Part shown: in pieces, positions 38,057 to 49,957 of the stretch
Layout: the number at the start of each line of letters is the position of its first letter
How positions within the stretch are numbered: the stretch's first letter is position 1
Assembly (NCBI GenBank): GCA_010909165.1
Contig: VJWM01000250.1
Coordinates: forward strand, 62,001 to 126,000
DNA: 64,000 nt
Direction of reading: 5' to 3'
DNA from: Anthoceros angustus
Taxonomy: Eukaryota > Plantae > Anthocerotophyta
Position numbers and translations under genes: made by a program
The notes under the pieces: model-generated
The model's input: only the letters and a program-made list of their open reading frames with translations
What the model was told of the DNA's origin: nothing
Databases searched by the model: none

Positions 38057-38867
38057 TCGTATGTTGGCGGGGGGTGATCCACGACTGAGAAATTTGTGTC
38101 TACCGTTCCTAAGGTACATGCGTCCTACCGCGCATCCTGTTCTGTGTTGCCGATGTGCATCCTTGTTGGTTTTTAACTTCAGAATGCCTAACAGTGTCAT
38201 TGAGACGTTATGTTTGAAGCTGTAGATAAATCGTGGTAGCTGATCAATTCGATCTTTGTGTGTAGTTTTGTGCAGCAGAAGCTGCTATCGAGCCATGTGA
38301 GAAATATTATCGCATCGTTGGGAAAAGCGTTGCGGCCATGTTGACCCAGCCGTGGCCGCCTGGGCTAGCAGCGTTGCGCGGGCTCCCCGCGGCAACCTCG
38401 GCGGTGTGCCGTTGGATAGCCAGTGAGAAAGTGCCACGCGCTGGATGAGCGGACTCCGCACCGCTTTCCAGGCACAATGCACATTGCGGAGGACGCTGTG
38501 ACATGGATGTCGGGTTAGAGGGAGGGGTTAGTGGGGATAGATTCTCGGTGCCTTGGCACCCAGCAATGTGAAGGGCGTCCACGTTCCTTTCGCGAAGCCT
38601 TGTGAACGACTGGTTGGCATAACGATTTGGTTTTCGAACGACCACTGGACAATCAGAAAGGACGTGCTACAAGTTTATGTGCACACCGAATCCATTCAAG
38701 TCATCTCAGCTCAGGGCAGGCATGCAAGCAGGGACTCGTCTTCCCCTCACCCAATTTACTTGAATTAATCGATGATCACAGGATTCAGGAAAAATGTAAA
38801 AGCGTAATGCCAGCATTTCCCGGAAGATAAGTGCCGTCATTCTGGGGTCAAGCCCTGAGCCCGAGCC

Positions 38868-39675
38868 TCACATGTGATCCCCCACATTTTGTGCCTGCTC
38901 CGTTGACGTAGGGTGGCAGGTAGGGCGAGATGATAACAAACGCCATAAACAGGGTGAACTGCAATGCAACAGGCCACAGAGCCCATCAAGGACTGCTGAG
39001 GGGTCTACACAGAATAGTAGTGGTCATGCGTACGTACTTACCAGGAGAGGCAGAGTTAGGATACTCCATACTGGCCACAGGGCTACCGCGAATCTACAAG
39101 GCATCGATCGGTATGGATCAGTATCTCGCTCGGTCATGAAGGCGACAGATTCAGTCTGGGACGGTGATTGCAGAATAGGATACACTCACAGGAATGTAGC
39201 TAAGAGACCAATAAATGTAGCTGTTCGAATGGCAGCTGGAGCAACAACATCCCAATTATCGGCTGTATGGTTGAGCGACTGACGGCACCAGACAGCCAGA
39301 TAGACAAAAATCCCGGCGTTCATCATAAAACAGACTAGTGCCAGATTGAACGGTGTCCTGCACCAACAAACAGGAAAGGGGATGATCTTCGAAGGAGGTC
39401 TTCGAATTTGAAAGGAGTACACAACCCTACCTCCTGATGCGGGGATCGGCGAAGATGACAGTGAAGAAATTGGTACGAGCATCACCGTAGAAGATGATGA
39501 AGAGAGAAGCCGCAAGCCACACAAGATTTTCGACAAGCTGTTGCCATCTCCATGTGCGGTGGAAAACGGAAGCAGACTGCAGAGTGGCAGCACCAGCTCC
39601 CGTGCCCACCTCTCCTTCGAAGTCCTCATTCTCCCGGTTGTTGTTCCTCTGTCTTACCCTTGCCTCCTCTGCCAT
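38868..39675 (-). CDS. TMEM128-like four-transmembrane protein, 4 exons
   Basis: Spliced MAEEARVRQR...ENLVWLAASLFIIFYGD / TPFNLALVCF...ATFIGLLATF / FAVALWPVWSILTLPLL / FTLFMAFVIISPYLP...M*. Confidence 0.8.
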
Positions 39676-39807
39676 CGAATCGGCCACCTACTCGTCATGC
39701 CTAAGGGCAGACAGTTTTAAGGCCTGCATGTCTCCGTCCCAAAGACGCATAACAAGGGAATGAACTAGGTTGTGAACATGCTCCTCACGTAGAGCGCTGA
39801 GCGTGCA

Positions 39808-42800
39808 ATGGCGCCCTCGTCGTCAGCGTGGCGTGTTACCCGTTTCCTATCCCGCTTGCGATCCACCTCCACCGGAAAGGTCTCACCGCAGCAGACCTAT
39901 TGCAGGCAGTCCAGACTCACCACCTTAGCCGAGCACGATACCGTTGCTTCCAAGACATTTTGCACACATCTGGAGCGGCTTAAAGGGATCGATCGACAGT
40001 CTGCGTCAAATGATGAGTTCCGTCCCCAATATTCTCCTCAGGTAGGCGCAATCCTGCCTGCGAATTCTTTCCTGTTGCCAATCTTACATTCTAGCAGTTT
40101 GGCTGATTCACGTATGCGTCGATCCGATTTTGCAGTTAACTCATTCCGCTTCTTAGCGAACGACAATGTTCTAATTGCACTAGATGCTGGACATGAGTTG
40201 GTTCCCTCCTCTGTTGTGTCCTAATGTGACTTAAACAAGACAACAAAGCAGTCTAGGATGGCGTCTGATCAGCTGGCAGGCATGTGTCGCAGGGAGAAGG
40301 TGACGTGCTGTTTATGGTTCCAGCCTTGGCTGTCATGGCATCAGAACGAAACCAAGATTTTATTCAAGCTGTGTCAGGGCTGGAATGTCAAGTACGAGCG
40401 CAGCTTCTTAACGACGAGGTGGATACTGCCAAGCAACACATGGTGCGATTCTGGATCATCTGGGATGTGTCACTGTTTTTTCCTGCATGTTAACATTGAC
40501 AAGGTCTGAAACAATTAAGTGCTCTCACCTCCTGGTGAAGTACAGGAATGGTAGTAATTGCTCTTCAGAAGAGGTGAATGCAAGTTGGGTATGCTAGACT
40601 GTACGACTGTTTCTGGATCCTGCAAACCTTAACCACCGGGCCATCAGTGAGCCTGCATGCATGTAGTGAAAGTTTTGTTTGAGCATGTGGAGGCCTGACG
40701 TCTTGTGGATCATGTGAGTGTGGCAGGGAGCTACAGGAAAAGGCCCATTACCTCGTGCACATTATACTCGAATCGTGATTAGCGGGTTGAAGGAGAAAGC
40801 TCGCTGGAAATCTCAGGTGACTAGATAGCTTGAGGTTTGTGGCTATTCCTGCACATGGTGACTATGGTATGGCATTTCTTTTGTTGCTCTCTTGTGTGAA
40901 GACAAAACTAAATGACTGACGTAGGGTTGTAGTTTCAGGTTCTCCCTGATTTGAGGATCTTTTTTTTCGTTGCAGAGTGTGCACGTTTTTGTGGCCAACT
41001 TTTCTTCAGCCAAGCCTGGTGGTGTTCCCACAGACTCTCATGTGGAGAGGTCTCACAAAAGCTGGAAGGGTTTGGAAGAGCAACACATGCTGGCGACCAA
41101 AGAATTGCTGCGACAACCTTGGATTGACCGCTGGTTACCAAGAGCTTGGAGGCCATTTGCCCGTTTAGCACGTCTCGACAAGCCTATCGGAACCTGGTTG
41201 CTGACTTGGCCATGCTTCTGGTATGGCTCCATACTGCACCGTCAGATGCTGATGTGAGGGTGTAAGGGGTTACGACATGGCCTGCTCTTCATTCGGCTGC
41301 TCTTCACGCCCTCTTGTTATGACTGTTATGTTCTATTTTCTGGAGACAGGTCAATTGCCTTGGCCGCTCCTCCAGGATCCTTGCCAGATGCACGCCTGCT
41401 AGCTCTGTTTGGATTGGGAGCTGTTCTTCTAAGGGGTGCTGGTTGCACAGTCAACGACATACTTGACCGTGACATCGACCCCAAGGTCTGTGCTCGGGAG
41501 GCGCTTTGTGCATGCTCTCATCTTGAGTGTCAGTCCAACCTGTCTCCATTTTTTGCAGGTTGAACGGACAAGGCTTCGACCGATTGCTGCAGGAGTGCTG
41601 ACACCTTTTCAAGGATTAATGTTTTTGGGTGTTCAGTTGTTACTTGGGCTTGGTGTGCTTCTGCAGCTGAACGATGTCAGGTAAGCCACTAGATAAAGTA
41701 AGCTATGTGTAAGGCTGGAAGTTGATTTCACATGCCATGGAGCATGTCTACTCTACTTTCCATTGCGCTTGAAGCTATTAACATTCGCTTCCATACTTCT
41801 TTTGTGTTTGCAGTAAGGTCCTGGGCGCATCTTCTCTTCTCTTGGTGGGATCTTATCCTCTCATCAAAAGGTGGTCTTTCTGGGTAAGCATTTCCACTTT
41901 CCTGCTGATCCCAACCTAAGTCTGATACGTCCCAAGAATTATCCTCAACTGAGTTTCAACTTCCTGGTACCTGAAGCTACCTTAACCATCCAATGGCTCC
42001 CTGCAATCACATTTGCGTGGAGCCTTTTCTGCTTTCTGATGAACATACTTTGTTGGCCAGCCACAGGTATATTTGGGTTTAACTTTCAATTGGGGCGCGC
42101 TGCTTGGATGGGCAGCAGTATGTGGTACTGTTGACCTCCCAGTGGTCCTGCCCCTGTATGCATCAGGTGTCTGCTGGACAGTTGTGTATGATACGATCTA
42201 CGCCCATCAGGTGGCTATTATTTCTGTGATTGTGCTTGGTATGCTTGTTGCTATCAGTCTGTGATACGCGCTTTTTGAACCATCATTTGCTGTAGATGTG
42301 ACTGCTGCTGCTTTCAGGACAAGGAAGATGATGTCAAGATCGGAGTGAAATCAACAGCCCTGCGTTTTGGAGAGGACACTCGAATCTGGCTCACAGGTTT
42401 TGGAGCAGCATCAGTAGCTTCTCTCGCTCTTGCTGGTTATGACGCTGGTTTGGGTATGTCTGCTTTGCTTGCTTTCCTCTTTAATTGACTTCTGTGCCTG
42501 GTGTTCTTAGCCCCGTTTCTTGTGCAGTCTGTACGACAGCAGCGGTCGTTGACAGTGTGCATGTCTACAGGCTGGCCCTTCTACCCCTTTGTCATGATCT
42601 CTGCCGGTCACCTAGTCTGGCAAATCTCCACAGTGAATTTTCAAAGCCGAGATGACTGCAATAAGAAGTAAATTCTTCCGCCGTTGTGCTGGTTGCCGGA
42701 CTTTGAAGACGTTCTGATCGGTTGATATCTCTCATTCGTGTTGTCATGATGCAGGTTCGTGTCCAACACATGGTTGGGGGCATTGGTTTTTAACGGTGTA

Positions 42801-42827
42801 GTTCTGGGCAAGTTGTGGGCTGTGTGA
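39808..42827 (+). CDS. COQ2: 4-hydroxybenzoate polyprenyltransferase (UbiA family), mitochondrial, multi-exon
   Basis: R/S-rich presequence; [14 protein letters not shown]; [27 protein letters not shown]; [12 protein letters not shown]; [24 protein letters not shown]-terminal exon structure uncertain. Confidence 0.93.
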
Positions 42828-43670
42828 CTTGCGTTGCGTTTTCGAGCAAATCCGCCCGATCTTCCGTGTCAGTGATGGACTTTTTCTTGGCCCTTTCCGA
42901 AAATGTTTTTTATGTGGTCACACAAAATGCCTAGGATAATGCCTAGATTTGTCATGCTACTTGGCCCGATATCAGCTAAGCCGACCCGACATCCTACAGT
43001 CCCACGCATAATAACTCGCTCGATGGAGTTTAGCGTGTCCAACCCTATGGCAGACGTCAAGTAACCTTGCTTTCTGGTCCAATCCATCCCCAGCCGTCTG
43101 TTTTAGCGTTCTTAGCCTCACACGCGCCCTACCTAGCCTTGCTATTGCCTCATATTTCCAACCCCGTCCCATTCTAAGCTGGCCTGTCAGACTCTAGTGA
43201 CCTGGCTTGTCGTGGGATAGCTTCTGCGAAATCTTTCCATCTTCCCAAAAGCGCGCCAGGTCCCTTCCCTTGTCGAGAAGGGCCTGGAAAACCTCCTACT
43301 CTCGCTTCGTGAGGGAGCCAGCCTTAGCCCCTTCAAATAGGGGGCCGCTGTTTAAGGTGCCCCTTTGTGAGAAACCTCCATCTTTTTTTCCTTTTTTCTT
43401 CTGGATGGGGCTCTGATTTCTCGCGCAGATCTGGCTTTTTAGGTGTCAGGAACCTGGCCTCGTCTTCTTGGTTAGTTGCTGGCTCTCTGTAGGCCTCTGT
43501 TTGCTCCCTCGCTCCAGGCTTGGTGCTGTAATTCTTAATCTTATAAAGTCTCGTGTTCACGGTAAAAAAATAAAAGAAAACTCAATCCATTTTTTAGAGA
43601 AGTATCAAAGGGTAGCCCAAGGCACTTGTTGTTGTTGTTCACGTTGCAGCCAAGTGGTGTTGCGCGTGCC

Positions 43671-46119
43671 ATGGCCAAGCTGCGGGAGACTTTCGTTGGC
43701 GCACCCAGCACGGAGCGGGGGCAGGGCATTCTACTGGCTGGGGACCCTAGCACCGGTTCCATGCTCTACTGCAATGGGCGATCGGTCATCATCCGAAGCC
43801 TTGCCGACCCACTCCAGGTGGACATCTATGGGGAGCATGCCTACCCCGTCACCGTAGCGCGCTTTTCTCCCAACGGCGAGTGGGTGGCATCGGGAGATAT
43901 CTCAGGTCAGCTGTCAAAGCCTCCTGTGCTCTGATCTGGATCGGAACTCATCCCATCCTTGTTTCACACTTGGTGTCAATTTCCCGCAGGAACCATCCGG
44001 ATCTGGTCCAGAGGCCCTGCTCATGTGCTCAAGTTTGAGAACAGACCCATTGCAGGCCGGATCGATGATCTTGATTGGTCATCAGATGGAGAGCGCATCG
44101 TGGTCTGCGGTGAGGGCAAGGGCACCTACGTCAAAGCCTTCATGTAAGATTTTTGGGTTTATCATACACTTTCTTTCTGCTTCTGCTGCCTCCTTCCTTC
44201 AACAACACGTGCTGCAGGTGGGATTCCGGAGCACCTGTGGGAGAATTTGATGGCCACTCCAAGCGGGTCCTTAGCTGCACCTTCAAGCCAAATCGGCCCT
44301 TCCGGATCGTCACCGGCGGGGAAGACTTTCTGGTGAACATCTATGACGGGCCACCTTTCCGCTTCAAGGCATCTCACAGGCACGTTGGTTAGCACCTGCC
44401 CTATTCCCCACCTGCGTCCTGCCTTTTCTCCAACTGCCTGTGTTACGCGCTCCTTATCGTGCTCGCCGTCCATCTTGAGCAGACAACACTCCAACTTTGT
44501 AAACTGTGTGAGGTATTCCCCCGATGGAACCAAATTCATCTCTGTCGGCTCCGACAAGAAGGGCCTTATTTATGACGGGCGCACAGGAGAGCAACTGGGC
44601 CAGCTTTCAGGGGATGACACGCATACGGGCAGCGTTTATGCCGTTAGCTGGAGCCCGGACAGCAAGCAGGTGAGGTCCCATTCTGCACCTTTTCCAGTTG
44701 TCGTGATGCATCTCATGTTCTCCGGATATTTTCTATCGTGCCTATGCTTTTCCCCTCGTGAGCCCGCTCATATTCTGGCTTGTTTACTCCTCAGGTGCTT
44801 ACAGTTTCAGGAGATAGAAGCGCAAAGATTTGGGATATCTCTGCTCTTGGAGTTGGAACGGTGAACACCTCTTTCTCGTTTGGGGATACTGCTGAAGACA
44901 TGCAAGTTGGCTGTCTCTGGCTAGGCGATGCTCGTTTGTCCTTCTCCCTGAGTGGAGTCATCACTTACTTACCTCCTGCAGGCCAGGATATACCCAGAAA
45001 GATACTCTCAGGTCATGTGAAAGGCGTGACCTGTCTGGTCTCTGCTGTGGCCGGTGAGTATGTATCTAGCAGCTATGACGGCATAATAGTGAGATGGAGG
45101 CTGGGTACGGGTTTTGTTGGTCGCCTTAGCTGGGAGGGGAAAGCAAGCTCAGCTGCTTTGATGGTGGCCACTGCAAGTGGACTGTTGGTGGGCGGACCTG
45201 ACAACAAGGTAAAGATTGGATTCCAGTAGGAAATCCCACTATGCTGTGTTGCGAAATTACTGTCATGCCCTCCACTTGCCGGATCCCATAATAACACGCG
45301 TTTATGATTCGATGACAGCTTCGGAGGTTCGTGTTGCAAGGACAGGAATATGTTGAAATTGTGTCGATCGATCTCGGCGCTCAACCCAGAGACATCCATG
45401 CAGCTTCTGCTTTTGGCAGGGTGGAGGCAGAAGGAAAAGTGATCCTTATAACCGTTGAAGACGAAATTATTCTTCTCCGAGGCACGACTATTGCATCCAG
45501 GACGGCTGTTGGATTTCATGCGACTTGTGGTTGCTTGTCTCCGGACGGTTCAGAGGCTGTCGTCGGTGGAGAAGATGCCAAGCTCTACTTATTCAAGATT
45601 CAAGGTGATTCTGTGCGACCATACGCAACTCTTGAGAGGCATCGTGGGCCATTAACGGCAGTCCGCTTCTCTCCCGATGGATGTCTAATAGCGTCAGGTG
45701 ATCAAAACCGGGAGGTTCTGGTTTGGGAACACGAGTCGAAGCAGGTAGGTCATCTTATGTTTCGTCAAGATACGCCCGGTTACTTGCACATAGGTTGGTG
45801 CATGACAGTGTGAGAACTGGACGCGTTGCAGGTGAAGGTGAAGAATATGCTGTACCACAATGCACGAGTCACGTCAATCGCCTGGGCGCCAGATAGCACC
45901 AGGGTGGCGACAGGATCTGTGGATTCTAACGTGTTCGTTTATGATGTGAGCAAGCCCGCCTCAGCGCGAATTTCCATCAAAGGAGCTCATTTAGGTGGAG
46001 TGACAGGATTGGTGTTCCATGACACTCTAACTCTTCTCAGTGGCGGAGGCGATGCTTGTGTGCGTGTGTGGAGTTTGCCACCAGCCTCGGACGTGCATCC
46101 CAGAGGGCAGACTCCCTGA
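43671..46119 (+). CDS. AIP1: Actin-interacting protein 1 (WDR1-type WD40 protein), multi-exon
   Basis: [11 protein letters not shown]...[10 protein letters not shown]; [14 protein letters not shown]; [16 protein letters not shown]; [14 protein letters not shown]; [17 protein letters not shown]. Confidence 0.93.
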
Positions 46120-46477
46120 GAGCCGAAGGGCCCAGCCCGGCCTGGCCCCCGGTTATTGCAGCAAGCTGCAGTCCTGAGAGTCCTGAGAACAGGGCACTTT
46201 GAAGAACGTTCCAGCCCGCTTATCAAACTGCCTGCCCGAGCAATGGCGGGCATGGTTTCATCTGGTGCTTGATTTGATTACGTGCTGGTTGCACATTTTT
46301 CACAGCTTGAACCTTGGCTAAAAGCGAATGAAATGTTCCCTCTATAGATGGTAGCACTAAAAATGGCTCGTGAGTGGTCACGATATTGCAAAATGCAATT
46401 CATACTATTGTGAGGATACCTGTCATCGTCTCCGGTTCTGGCTCCGGCTCCGCGCCTCTCTGCTGTGACTGTGAGCT

Positions 46478-48057
46478 ATGCAGCCGCGTCATCTTTGGGG
46501 TTCGCATTTGATCCGTCCACCTCCTATCCCGCGGTAGGTAGCCCTTGGCACACTCTGCGCTGGCTTCAGTCCTGGTGGATACACTCACCATTCAAGTTTG
46601 TTGTTGATGCATTGTTTGCTACAGGGAGGTGCATTTCTGGTGTGTCTTCCCAGACCAAGTCCACGATGCAAACCTGCTGAAAGCGTATGAAGGATTTCTT
46701 AGTCTGCAGGAGCAGGAGCAACTGGCAGCAGCAGCAACCGCCAAGTCACGGAAAGAGCACCTGCTGGCTCGCATGCTTGTGCGCACGACTATTGCCAGAT
46801 GTATGTATGTGCCCTAGGGCGCTTTCAGTGCAGGTTTGCTTTGTCCTGGGCGTGTCTGAGAAGCAGGTTGCGACAGATACGGGTGGCACTGTGGATCCCG
46901 CTTCGCTCAAGTTTGTCAAGAACAAGTATGGAAAACCCGAGGTGTACAAAAATTTCTGGATTACCCTGAGAGCATAATTTGTGGCCGTGACGTACTGCAT
47001 ATGCATAAGCGTGCGGAGTGGACTGCATGTGTGGCAGGTTGTATGGTCTGTGGGATCAGCAACAGCAGGCTGGGCCGGCCGGAGTGCGTCGCCGTTGCGC
47101 TTCAATCTATCCCACACTCGTTCTTTGGTTGCGTGTGCTGTGACAGTGGATTCTGCTGTAATGATCAAGCTGCTCCCGCTCTTTGTTCTGGGCTACTGTT
47201 TGCATGGTGAATGATATATGCCCACTGCTGATGCAGATCGGGGTGGATGTAGAGCACAAGGGCAGGGCATTGTCAACAGACCTGATGACGTTTGCCCGCC
47301 GGAAGTTGTCCAGAGTGGAAGCTGGATGGCTGGAAAAGATATGCGATCCTGAGAAGCGGCGGCTCTCCTTTCTCCAGCTGTGGACTCTCAAAGTTGTGAC
47401 TTGATGCCCTTGCTTGCACTGGTGCTTGGCTTGCCTCAATTGGTGTAGTGACGAAGGGAGCTTGTGGAACAGGAGGCGTACGTGAAAGCTGTAGGGAGAG
47501 GCATAAGTGCCACACCCCTTCAAGGGTTCAGTGTTTGGCTGAAATCCTCACACCTTGCAAGTGAGCAATTGGAGAGGGCAACGGGAATTTGCGTTCATGC
47601 AGAGGTCCGTACGGCGGGGCGGGGTGGGTTTGGGTGGGATAGGGTGTGTGATGTTTTCTTCAGGTTGTTGGCAGAGCACCTGAAGAAAAACAGTGTTTGT
47701 GGCAGGCTCAAGAAATTGTCTTGGATGTGCACGATGCAGCGTTGAGGAGCCCTTCATCAGCATTGCCATCGCCATGGCAGTTGGTGTTGTTTGAGCCAAG
47801 TGTGGACGTGTATGCCTCCATTTGTGTGGAGCGGGGCGGCAAGGGTAGGTAGTAACAGTCGTTCCGTTTAGGGCATCAGGCTGCATGTGTGGATTGTCTC
47901 ATCCCCTGCGGCCGTGCGGATGTGGGTAACAGAAGGAGACGACGCTTTGGTGGAGGGGCCTCAATCACGTTTCAAGTTTTGGAGGACAGTGCCGCTGTGC
48001 GAAGACACACCTCTACGCGAGGGTGCCGTAGCCCTTGCACTGGGGCCGGTCCGTTAG
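46478..48057 (+). CDS. Sfp-type 4'-phosphopantetheinyl transferase (holo-ACP synthase), multi-exon
   Basis: EVHFW; LLARMLVRTTIARY; FVKNKYGKPE; LRFNLSHT; IGVDVE; FLQLWTLKEAYVKAVGRGI. Start codon less certain. Confidence 0.88.
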
Positions 48058-48328
48058 ATCTCTAGGGCACATGGCACAGGGCAGCCCAGGGTAGCGATGC
48101 TGAGCGTTGGCCACGCATTCAAGGATGGAGTTTAGGGTTAAGGGAAGCTTGGCGGGCGATATGATTCGGCTGGCGACACAGCCAGTCTGTTGCCAGTATC
48201 CACGTTGTGTACGTCGGAAATACTTCAGCTGCACAAGTAGGGACAGACGAACGGTGCCCTGTAACAGAGAGATTACACTGTTCTATGTATGTGCCAATAG
48301 GTAGTAAAAGGGGTGCTGGCTCCGCCGC

Positions 48329-48527
48329 GGTCTGGGGTCTGGGGTCTGGGGTCTGGGGTCTGGGGTCTGGGGTCTGGGGTCTGGGGTCTGGGGTCTGGGG
48401 TCTGGGGCCTGGGGCTGGGGCCTGGGGTCTGGGGCCTGGGGCCTGGGGCCTGGGGTCTGGGGTCTGGGGCCTGGGGCCTGGGGCCTGGGGTCTGGGGTCT
48501 GGGGCCTGGAGCCTGGGGCCTGGGGCC
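48329..48527 (+). repeat. G-rich heptamer microsatellite (GGGG(T/C)CT)n, about 28 units
   Basis: Directly visible in the sequence. Confidence 0.97.
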
Positions 48528-49957
48528 GTGGGTTGTTGCCACCTAGCTAACCCCACCCATCAACTCTTTCCTGAGAATGACTGCCAGATTGATGAGAAGG
48601 ACAAGGGGCGTGTAATCACGCGGTGGAGCGGGGTGAGGGGAGCATGGTTAGCGGCCAGCATTAACTTGGTGAGGAATTGGTGAGCAGCGGCGGAGCAGGT
48701 CCATCTGCCCCGCCTCTCTTGCGTCCGCTGAGCCACTTCATCTTGATATTGACTGTACTAGTCGGACTGCATGTCGTCCTCCGGTGACTGAATGCAGGGC
48801 TGGCGGTCTGCGTCGTTCTCGCTCGCCTCATGTACATGGAAGAACATTCAGGTAGATGTTGCTGTCGTCACCACGGCTCCCTCAACCTAACAACTGGAAA
48901 GTGGGCGTGGCCACCTTTTCATTCATGTCAAGGCAGGCACATGCCTCTTTCTCTCTCAACTTGCCACTGTACACAACCAAGTTGATGAATTGGATGTCCT
49001 GCCTACGGAGCGGCCTACTTCTCCGCCTTTAAGCTTCTACTGATGCTGACTGCCGCCTGTCGAGTCTAGAGGAGCTACCATGATGAGACTTAGCAGCTTT
49101 GTTTTGGAGGAGGTCCATCCGACGGGCCAGTGCCGTCCACGGCATGTGGGAAGCCGGATGAGAGTCCATCACGTCCGTCCACTGCCAACGGGCGACGCGG
49201 TTTCCTCGCCGGCTACCTCAGGATTTCGAACCCCTCCTCCAAAGAACGTAGGAGTACCATATATATACCACATTCCAGGCTATTGCCACCATCACTGCCC
49301 GAACTCAGCTCACGGAGCCTCATACCACAGCTTCTTGATTCTTGTTGAACATTGTCTCGTTACTTGGCTCCATACTCTTGTTGTGGCAGCAACCTTGGCA
49401 GGCCTGCATAGCTGTGGTCTGGCTGTAGCTGTGCAGCAGCAGCAGCAGCTGCGTGTACAAACAATATCTATTGCTGCGACCAAGTTGCCAACCACACTAA
49501 AAGCCAGTCCACATTGTATGCATGGCGTGCACGCAGGCCCGATAGTCTGCAGGGAGGCCAAGGTTAGCTCCAGCACGCGTGGACAGTGGTAGCTATACCG
49601 CTCCGGGAGAGCGAACATTGAGCATTCGCCCGGCGGCTTTCTTGTAAGTGGTGAAACCAAAACCTGGCATGCCGCCATGCCTTTGGAAGCTCGCGTCGTT
49701 ACCGTCCTTACTCTTACGATCCATACTCTTCTGATATTGGTTTCCACATCGATCATGTCAATTGGTGGTGAATATTGCAGACAAGCCTGATATCCGGTGG
49801 GATGCATCTATCCGCCCTTGGGGACGATCCACACTCTGAGAGTCGCTACCTTGCAGCATCTGTGCCTTCACATTTCGGATTCAACACAATTCCTTGTTCA
49901 CAAGCTTAGGGAGTTGGTCCAGGCCCCGGCCCAGGCTAGCTGAATTCATCTGCAGTC

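Noticed and set aside
42869-43340. Short minus-strand ORFs between COQ2 and AIP1
   Set aside because: No recognisable domain or splice structure; probably a TE remnant or intergenic DNA.
48119-48683. PDPRPQ and WGLGSG repeat proteins
   Set aside because: These are translations of the heptamer microsatellite.
49080-49807. ORFs of 165-170 aa upstream of the FAR gene
   Set aside because: Overlapping on both strands, Cys/His-rich random composition, no homology recognised.
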